Below the pieces are notes generated by a model, which saw nothing but the letters and a program-made list of their open reading frames with translations, had not been told where the DNA came from and did no database searches. This document shows positions 57,087 through 64,000 of a stretch of DNA of 64,000 nt, piece by piece; positions within the stretch are counted from its first letter, which is position 1, and every line of letters begins with the position of its first letter. The translations under genes were made by a program, and so were the position numbers. Location: positions 2,493-66,492 of the forward strand of contig JARIAR010000015.1 of NCBI GenBank assembly GCA_029257805.1. Reading direction: 5' to 3'. This stretch comes from Blautia sp. (GTDB lineage Bacteria; Bacillota; Clostridia; Lachnospirales; Lachnospiraceae).

Positions 57087-58064
57087 TTATTTATTAAAAC
57101 ATGCTACCATATGACCGTTTCCTCTGTCTGTCAAAGACGGGCATTCTTTTGCGCATCTTTCCGTTGCATATTTGCAACGTGTACGGAACGCACAGCCTGT
57201 CGGCATTCTCAGAGGACTTGGAACATCGCCTTCCAAAATAATACGCTGACGCTCTTTCGCCATCTTTGGATCCGGATATGGCACAGCACTTAAAAGTGAC
57301 TGTGTATATGGATGTATTGGATTGTCATTCAGATCATCCGCATCCGCAATTTCCACAATTCTGCCCAAGTACATAACAGCAATACGGTCGGAAATGTGAT
57401 GTACTACAAGAAGATCATGTGCAATGAACAGATAAGCTACTCCCAACTTTTCCTGAAGTTCTTCAAACATGTTAATAACCTGTGCCTGAATAGAAACATC
57501 CAATGCACTTACTGCTTCATCACAGACAATAAATTTAGGATTTGTTGCCAGTGCTCTTGCAATTCCAATACGCTGACGCTGTCCGCCGCTGAACTCATGT
57601 GCATAACGTGTTGCATGCTCTGCATTTAATCCAACAAGTTCCATTAATTCCAGAATACGGTCTCTTCTTTCACCTTTTCCATGATACAGCTTATGTACAT
57701 CAAGAGGCTCTCCTATGATATCCTCCACTGTCATACGTGGATTTAAAGAGGAATACGGATCCTGAAAAACCATCTGCATTTCTTTTCGCATTTCACCAAT
57801 GCTGTTTTTGTCTACTCTTCTTCCATCAAAGAAAACATCTCCGGAAGTTGGTGTATAAAGTCTCAGAAGAGAACGACCTACTGTAGTTTTTCCACAGCCG
57901 GATTCTCCTACAAGACCAAGTGTCTCACCTGGCTTAATGTTAAAGGATACTCCATCTACAGCTTTTAACGGAGTTGTTTTCATAAAACCAGATTTAATAG
58001 GAAAATACTGTTTCAGATTATTTACCTGAAGCAGATATTCGTTTTTATTTGTCATATCACTCAT
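57087..58064 (-). CDS. oppF: Oligopeptide ABC transporter ATP-binding protein
   Basis: Walker [10 protein letters not shown], signature FSGGQRQR, and a C-terminal oligo_HPY Cys-rich tail. Confidence 0.9.
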   Translation of the reverse strand: MSDMTNKNEYLLQVNNLKQYFPIKSGFMKTTPLKAVDGVSFNIKPGETLGLVGESGCGKTTVGRSLLRLYTPTSGDVFFDGRRVDKNSIGEMRKEMQMVFQDPYSSLNPRMTVEDIIGEPLDVHKLYHGKGERRDRILELMELVGLNAEHATRYAHEFSGGQRQRIGIARALATNPKFIVCDEAVSALDVSIQAQVINMFEELQEKLGVAYLFIAHDLLVVHHISDRIAVMYLGRIVEIADADDLNDNPIHPYTQSLLSAVPYPDPKMAKERQRIILEGDVPSPLRMPTGCAFRTRCKYATERCAKECPSLTDRGNGHMVACFNK

Positions 58065-59064
58065 GATTGCCTCCTTCTTGCTGTGCTTCCATCTGTTTTT
58101 TCACATTTAACCAGCAGGAAGCATAATGACCATCTGGCATCTGCATTTCCGGTGGAATCTCCTCAATACAGACTTTCATGGCATTCTCACAGCGAGGACA
58201 GAATGCACATCCTTTCGGCATATTTAAAAGGTTAATCGGTGTTCCCGGAATAGGAACCAGCTTTTCACCCATACGATCCACATTTGGAATGGATTTTAAG
58301 AGACCTTTTGTGTACTCATGGCTGGGACGATAAAAAATATCTTCCGCAGTTCCTCTTTCACAGACACGACCGCCATACATAACAATAATCTCATCGCACA
58401 TATCTGCAATAACTCCAAGATCATGTGTAACCATGATAACTGCCATTCCAAGCTTTTTCTGCAAACTCTGAATCAATTCAAGAATCTGTGCCTGAATGGT
58501 TACATCAAGCGCAGTTGTAGGCTCATCTGCAATAAGAATATCTGGTTCACAGGCAAGAGCCATGGCGATCATTACACGCTGCCTCATACCGCCGGATAAT
58601 TCATAGGGATACTGTTTTACTCGTTTCTCCGGCTCATTTACTCCAACAAGAGTCAGCAGTTCCACAGCACGTGCCTTAGCAGCTTTTCCTTTTCGTTCTG
58701 TATGCAGTTCAATTGCCTCTTTTAACTGATTTCCAATAGTAAATACAGGATTTAAACTTGTCATCGGATCCTGAAAAATAATCGAACAGCGCTCTCCACG
58801 GAATTTCTGCATCTGTTTCTCCGTGAATTTTGTAATATCCTGTCCTTTATATAAAACCTGTCCTTTTGTGATCTTTCCATTTTTTTCCAGTATCTGCATA
58901 ATAGAATATGCAGTAACACTTTTTCCAGAACCGGATTCTCCTACAATTCCCAGTATCTTTCCTGCTTCCAAATTGAAGGAAACTCCGTTTACTGCCATTA
59001 CTTCACCTCTGTCCGTAGTAAAAGAGGTATTTAAGTCTACGACAGAAAGTATATTTTCACTCAT
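58057..59064 (-). CDS. oppD: Oligopeptide ABC transporter ATP-binding protein
   Basis: Walker [10 protein letters not shown] and signature LSGGMRQR. Overlaps oppF by 8 nt. Confidence 0.9.
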   Translation of the reverse strand: MSENILSVVDLNTSFTTDRGEVMAVNGVSFNLEAGKILGIVGESGSGKSVTAYSIMQILEKNGKITKGQVLYKGQDITKFTEKQMQKFRGERCSIIFQDPMTSLNPVFTIGNQLKEAIELHTERKGKAAKARAVELLTLVGVNEPEKRVKQYPYELSGGMRQRVMIAMALACEPDILIADEPTTALDVTIQAQILELIQSLQKKLGMAVIMVTHDLGVIADMCDEIIVMYGGRVCERGTAEDIFYRPSHEYTKGLLKSIPNVDRMGEKLVPIPGTPINLLNMPKGCAFCPRCENAMKVCIEEIPPEMQMPDGHYASCWLNVKKQMEAQQEGGNHE

Positions 59065-59076
59065 CTTTCTTCCTCC

Positions 59077-60162
59077 TTAATCTCGGCTCAATTTCGGGTC
59101 AAAGGCATCACGAAGACCATCACCCAGTAAGTTAAATGCCAGTGTGATCAGACAGATCATCAATGCCGGGAAAAGCAGCTTATAAGGATAAGTTGTCAAT
59201 CCGGCACGACCTGCATTTGCCAGAGATCCAAGTGAAGGCATAGGTGCCTGTACACCAAGACCAATGAAACTCAAAAAGCTTTCTGTAAAAATTGCAGACG
59301 GAATTTGAAGCGCTCCGGCAACAATAATAACACTAATGCAGTTCGGAAGAATATGTCTGCGAATGATACGTCCTGATTTTGCTCCGCTGATCTTTGCTGC
59401 CAAGATGTATTCGTTCTGTTTGATGGTAAGGATCTGTCCTCGTACCATACGTGCCATACCCGTCCAGTACAACAAACCAAATACGGTAAACATAGACAAC
59501 ATATTCGTTCCAAGACTCTTAAGAAGAGGAATGGCATCTACATTCATCACTTCTCGAAGTACAACGGAAAGAAGGATTACCATAAGCATATCTGGAAGGG
59601 AATATATAATATCCACAATACGCATCATGATCAAATCCACTTTCCCACCAAAATATCCGGATATACTTCCATATAGAACTCCTATGAGCAAAACAATGAT
59701 ACTTGCAAACAATCCAACAGCAAGAGATACTCTTGTTCCATACACAACACGGACAAAATAGTCACGTCCCATCTCATCTGTTCCCATAATATGAGGGAAA
59801 ACCTCTCCACCCTCTTCAATATATTTTTGTTCCAGCTTAGAATACTGAAATGGTGCCATATTTGCAGCGGTCTTATCTCTTCTTCCATTTACGGTAATGA
59901 TCTGAGAATAGGAATACGGCACAACATGAGGCACTATAAAAATCATTCCAATAATAAGAATCAATACAATAATACTTCCCATTGCAAGCGGGTTTTTTCT
60001 TAATTTGCGAAGACCATCTTTCAAAAAAGAAGTTGACTCACTCATTACTTCCTGTTGTTTTTTTTCTTCATCTGTAGCTTTTTCAAATTTTTTCAAATCA
60101 ATCTGAAAGCTCAGCGGTGATTTTTTTGGCATCGCATCCAGATTTTTATTGATGTTATCCAC
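59077..60162 (-). CDS. oppC: Oligopeptide ABC transporter permease
   Basis: 361 aa, BPD_transp_1 type with an N-terminal extension. GTG start preceded by AAGGAGG. Confidence 0.85.
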   Translation of the reverse strand: MDNINKNLDAMPKKSPLSFQIDLKKFEKATDEEKKQQEVMSESTSFLKDGLRKLRKNPLAMGSIIVLILIIGMIFIVPHVVPYSYSQIITVNGRRDKTAANMAPFQYSKLEQKYIEEGGEVFPHIMGTDEMGRDYFVRVVYGTRVSLAVGLFASIIVLLIGVLYGSISGYFGGKVDLIMMRIVDIIYSLPDMLMVILLSVVLREVMNVDAIPLLKSLGTNMLSMFTVFGLLYWTGMARMVRGQILTIKQNEYILAAKISGAKSGRIIRRHILPNCISVIIVAGALQIPSAIFTESFLSFIGLGVQAPMPSLGSLANAGRAGLTTYPYKLLFPALMICLITLAFNLLGDGLRDAFDPKLSRD

Positions 60163-60174
60163 GTAAGTTCCTCC

Positions 60175-61086
60175 TTAATCCAGCTTAATTCTCGGGTCAA
60201 CTGCTTTATAAACAATATCGGTGATCAGATTCATGGTTACCATAAGTACAGCCAGGAAAATGGTTGTTCCCATGATCAACGGGTAATCTCTGTTTGTAAT
60301 CGCTTCCACGAATTTCGCACCAAGCCCTCCGATTGTAAAAATCTTTTCTACAACAAGACTTCCTGTAAGAATAGAAGCAGTCATTGGTCCCACGTATGTA
60401 ATAACTGGAATCAAGGCATTTCTAAGCGTATGTTTAAAGATAACTTTAATTTTCGCAACACCCTTTGCCTTTGCTGTACGAACATAATCCTGTCCCAATA
60501 CGTCAAGCATACTTGTTTTTGTTAAACGAGTAATGTAAGCCATTGGATAAGCAGCCAAAGCAATTACCGGCAATAAGTAATTCTGTTTATCAGGACTCCA
60601 CACCGGAACCCAGTTTAATTTCACACAAAATACCAGCAACAGCAAGGAAGCAAATACAAAGCTGGGCAACGATGTAAACAAAGTCGAAAAGAAAATAATC
60701 AATCGATCCGGTAGTTTATTTCTGGTTAATGCTGCCAAACTTCCAAATATAAGCCCTAAAATAAGGGCTGTAATAATTGCCATTCCTCCAAGTTTTGCGG
60801 AAACACGGAAAGAATCAAAAATCGTTGTTTTAATATCACGCCCTGTTTTTGCAGAAACTCCAAAATCTCCATGGGCCAGATTTTTCAGATACAATGCAAA
60901 CTGCTCTGAAACTGGTTTGTCCAAATTAAATCTTTTCTCCAACGCTTCTTTAACCTCTGGAGAAAGTGCCTTTTCACCATCAAATGGTCCGCCTGGGATT
61001 GCATTCATTGAAAAAAATGTAATTCCACAGACAATAAAAACGGTAGCAATCGCGAGCAGAACTCGCTTCGTTACGTACTTTGCCAA
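60175..61086 (-). CDS. oppB: Oligopeptide ABC transporter permease
   Basis: 303 aa with the EAA loop YVRTAKAKG. TTG start with an AGGAG SD. Confidence 0.85.
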   Translation of the reverse strand: MAKYVTKRVLLAIATVFIVCGITFFSMNAIPGGPFDGEKALSPEVKEALEKRFNLDKPVSEQFALYLKNLAHGDFGVSAKTGRDIKTTIFDSFRVSAKLGGMAIITALILGLIFGSLAALTRNKLPDRLIIFFSTLFTSLPSFVFASLLLLVFCVKLNWVPVWSPDKQNYLLPVIALAAYPMAYITRLTKTSMLDVLGQDYVRTAKAKGVAKIKVIFKHTLRNALIPVITYVGPMTASILTGSLVVEKIFTIGGLGAKFVEAITNRDYPLIMGTTIFLAVLMVTMNLITDIVYKAVDPRIKLD

Positions 61087-61388
61087 GTAAATACACTCCT
61101 TTTTTGTAGTTTTCTAACAATATTCAGGGTTTATTATAGTTTGAAAATTCAGGATATTTATTGAAATTGTAGAAAATTTTAATTATTTTTTCTTTTACCA
61201 TGAACAACTGTCCTTATTACACGGACATATTTGATAAAAAAAATAACTCCCCTTCTTTCCACTTCTCCCCTTTATTGCATTTACTCATTATAGTATATTT
61301 TTCGAATATATTCAATTACTTTTTTACTTTTATTAGTTAAAAAAATACAGTGTCATCATTTTCCAGAGGAAAAGGATGACACTGCAGC

Positions 61389-62798
61389 TTATGAAGATAC
61401 AATATTCTGTAGCCATACACCTTTTTTTACAAGTATAAAACCGATTATACACTTAATTAAATCAGCCATTTGTACAAATATATATATTGCTACGACAGGA
61501 AGTCCTGTAAAACGACTAAGAACAAATGCAATGGGAACGCTTACACACCATATAAATACACTGTCAAACAAAAATGTTACAATTGTGCAGCCTCCTGAGC
61601 GCAGTGTAAAATACGTCGCATGAAGGAATGCATTTTGCGGCATTGCCAAAGCTGTTACCATAATAAAATATTTTGCAAGTTCCCTTGCCTGTTCATTTGT
61701 ATTATAGAACATCGGGAAGAAAGGCGCCATAATAAGCATAACCGCTGCGACTCCAATACAACAAAGTACAGAGAACATAATCATTTTATTATCGGTATCT
61801 CTTGCCTTTTTCATTTCCCCGGCTCCTAAAAGCTGTCCAACCACAATTGCTACAGAATCTCCCAGAGCAATAAACACAATATTAAATAAATTTCCAATTG
61901 TGTTAGAAATGTTCATTCCTGCTACTACATTGATCCCTCTTACAGAATAGCACTGGGCGAGCATGGCAATTGCAGCAGCCCACATTGTTTCATTTAATAA
62001 CAATGGCGTTCCTTTTATCAGAATTTTTTTTGTAAGATTTAACGGAACTTTCATTGTATGATAAAGCCCCTCTGCAAATGGATTTTTTTCTGTATGTCTG
62101 TGGGTCCATGTTATCACAATCGCGGCTTCCACATAACGGGATAAAACAGTTGCGATTGCTGCACCTTTCACCCCCAGAACAGGAAAACCAAACTTACCAT
62201 AAATTAAAATATAATTAAATAAAAGATTAATCAATACAGCCGCCACACCAGCTTTCATGGGAAGGACCGTTTCGCCGCATTCTCGCAGAGTACTTGCATA
62301 TACCTGGACCATCATAAAAGCCGGAAGTCCCAAAAGCATAATCAACAAATACTGATTTCCATACATTAAAGTAGCAGCTAGCTCCTGAGAAGTCCCCTCG
62401 CCTCGAAGATACATACCAATCAGTGCTTCTCCACCACCTAAAAATAACATGATCGTGACTGCTGTAAGAATGACAGCCATCCACAATTTGTAACGAAATG
62501 TCTGACGAATCCCCTCATGATCTTTTTGTCCAAAATACTGTGCTGTAAAAATACCTGCACCGGAAACCCCGCCAAAAATACAAAGATTATACACAAATAG
62601 CAACTGATTAACAATTGCAGCTCCTGACATTTGCTCGGTTCCAATACGGCCAATCATAATGTTATCCAAAAGACTGACAAAATTTGTTATTCCATTCTGT
62701 ACCATAATGGGAACTGCAACTGCAAGAACCATCTTATAAAAGTTTCGATCACCAAAAAATTTACTGATCAAAGCAGATTTTTTCTTTGCTGTTTCCAT
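61389..62798 (-). CDS. MATE-family efflux transporter
   Basis: 469 aa, 12 TM segments. The N-terminal pattern (AVPIMVQNGITNFVSLLDNIMIGRIG) is typical of MatE. Confidence 0.85.
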   Translation of the reverse strand: METAKKKSALISKFFGDRNFYKMVLAVAVPIMVQNGITNFVSLLDNIMIGRIGTEQMSGAAIVNQLLFVYNLCIFGGVSGAGIFTAQYFGQKDHEGIRQTFRYKLWMAVILTAVTIMLFLGGGEALIGMYLRGEGTSQELAATLMYGNQYLLIMLLGLPAFMMVQVYASTLRECGETVLPMKAGVAAVLINLLFNYILIYGKFGFPVLGVKGAAIATVLSRYVEAAIVITWTHRHTEKNPFAEGLYHTMKVPLNLTKKILIKGTPLLLNETMWAAAIAMLAQCYSVRGINVVAGMNISNTIGNLFNIVFIALGDSVAIVVGQLLGAGEMKKARDTDNKMIMFSVLCCIGVAAVMLIMAPFFPMFYNTNEQARELAKYFIMVTALAMPQNAFLHATYFTLRSGGCTIVTFLFDSVFIWCVSVPIAFVLSRFTGLPVVAIYIFVQMADLIKCIIGFILVKKGVWLQNIVSS

Positions 62799-62825
62799 AC
62801 CTTTCTCCTTCTAAATCCTTTGTTA

Positions 62826-64000
62826 TTACCAACACTCTGTATTATCTATTCCTGCATTCTTTCCCCGGAAAACAGGATCTTTTCCTGCTTTTTTCTGTTT
62901 TTCATAATCTTTTAAAACACAAATCGCTTTGTTTCCCAACAACAAAATCACAATAATATTTACGGTCGCCATACATCCCATGGTAATATCTGCGATATTC
63001 CACATTATAGAAAAATCAGCCTGAGCTCCAAAAAATACGGCTAACAAACAAGTAATTCTAAATATAAATAACAGTTTCTTATTATTTTTAATAAATAAAA
63101 TATTTGATTCTGCATAATAATAATTTCCAATTAAGCTGCTAAAAGCAAAAGCGAAAATCGATAATGTAATAAAATGAATCCCCCAGTTTCCTACATTTGC
63201 AGAAACAGCTTTCTGTACAAACGGAATCCCGTCCAGAACGCCAGTTTTTCCTTCCACACCAGAAAGAAGCAGCATCATAGCTGTTGCAGAGCAAATTAAA
63301 AGAGTATCAATAAAAACAGATAAGACCTGTACCATTCCCTGCTTTGCCGGATGGCTGACAGAAGCACTTGCGGAAGCATTGGGTGCACTTCCCATTCCTG
63401 CTTCATTTGAAAAAAGTCCTTTTTTAATTCCAATTACCACAGCACTCCCTGCCATTCCCCCCATAAAAGACTGAAAGTCAAAAGCCTGCGATAAAATCAT
63501 CGAAAAGACATGAGGAATTTCCGAAAAATTAATAAGGATTGTATAAAGTCCGATCAGCAGATATGCACCTGCCATAATCGGCACAAGAACAGATGTAATA
63601 AAACCAATTCTGTGAACGCCACCGAAAATAACCAATGCGGTAGCGATTGCTAAAATACCGCCTACTATCATAGGATATACTGTTTTACTATACCCTGGAA
63701 TGTAATATTCCAATGAAGAAGACATATTAAAAGACTGCAAACCGTTAAATCCATAGGCAAAACATATAATCAATAATATAGAAAATAAAATTCCGATGCT
63801 TCTTTTTCCAAGAGCCTTTTCCATATAATAGGAAGGACCGCCCCTAAATTCTCCACGATCTTTAATTTTATATACCTGAGCCAATGTACTTTCTATAAAA
63901 GCTGATGCACTTCCAATAATCGCCATTACCCACATCCAGAAAACAGCGCCTGCTCCACCAGCTGCAATTGCTGTAGCAATTCCTGCAATATTCCCGGTTC
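62826..64000 (-). CDS. Sodium:alanine (AGCS-family) symporter, 5'-truncated by the window edge
   Basis: The frame stays open to base 64000 (TGNIAGIATAIAAGGAGAVFWMWVMA...), so the true start lies beyond the window. Polytopic, with the SNEAGMGSAP motif. Confidence 0.85.
   Translation of the reverse strand, partial: TGNIAGIATAIAAGGAGAVFWMWVMAIIGSASAFIESTLAQVYKIKDRGEFRGGPSYYMEKALGKRSIGILFSILLIICFAYGFNGLQSFNMSSSLEYYIPGYSKTVYPMIVGGILAIATALVIFGGVHRIGFITSVLVPIMAGAYLLIGLYTILINFSEIPHVFSMILSQAFDFQSFMGGMAGSAVVIGIKKGLFSNEAGMGSAPNASASASVSHPAKQGMVQVLSVFIDTLLICSATAMMLLLSGVEGKTGVLDGIPFVQKAVSANVGNWGIHFITLSIFAFAFSSLIGNYYYAESNILFIKNNKKLLFIFRITCLLAVFFGAQADFSIMWNIADITMGCMATVNIIVILLLGNKAICVLKDYEKQKKAGKDPVFRGKNAGIDNTECW

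Noticed and set aside
61087-61388. CodY boxes and a dif-like or invertible element in the 302-nt opp leader
   Set aside because: The best CodY-box matches are only 11/15 (AAAATTCAGGATATT, 61144-61158) and 9/15, which is not distinguishable from AT-rich background. The GAATATATTC palindrome near 61300 does not extend into a XerCD dif-like 28-mer. No long flanking inverted repeats suggest a promoter switch.

Overview
This 64-kb window is a densely coded, low-GC Firmicutes/Clostridia chromosome segment. By eye the GroEL, PolC and CodY sequences look Lachnospiraceae-like, but no search was run. About 50 of 57 CDS lie on the minus strand. Most content is housekeeping: 5'-truncated mutS2, an OmpR-type two-component system, adenine deaminase, trmL, a thioredoxin/TrxR-like pair, metY, purO plus purH-type AICAR transformylase, guaB, groES-groEL, codY, topA, dprA, comM, class-3 fbp, polC, ispG and ilvE. 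There are two tRNAs (Phe-GAA, Gly-GCC). There are three transport or glycan modules: an ABC importer with two intracellular GH29 fucosidases and two LacI regulators; a ribose-type ABC importer with a binding-protein/YesM/YesN sensor; and oppBCDFA. A CDF metal exporter, a MATE pump and a 5'-truncated Na+/alanine symporter complete the set. The cis-regulatory elements I can read directly are a ZTP (pfl) riboswitch, a NiCo (czcD) riboswitch, a CIRCE operator, CodY-box-like motifs and several intrinsic terminators. I saw no transposase, integrase, phage genes, CRISPR array or recognisable defence genes. I do not see convincing evidence for a wholly new multi-gene system. The best leads are: (1) a translationally coupled operon of a B12-radical SAM enzyme, a 34-aa membrane micropeptide, a PurM C-domain-only protein and TrmL; (2) a PurF paralogue lacking the Cys1 nucleophile; (3) a TrxR homologue lacking the NADPH motifs, so possibly ferredoxin-dependent; (4) a NiCo riboswitch with an enlarged hairpin and an ambiguous expression platform. 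Several ORF-track starts are N-terminal over-extensions (often TTG/GTG); I re-set them using Shine-Dalgarno spacing.
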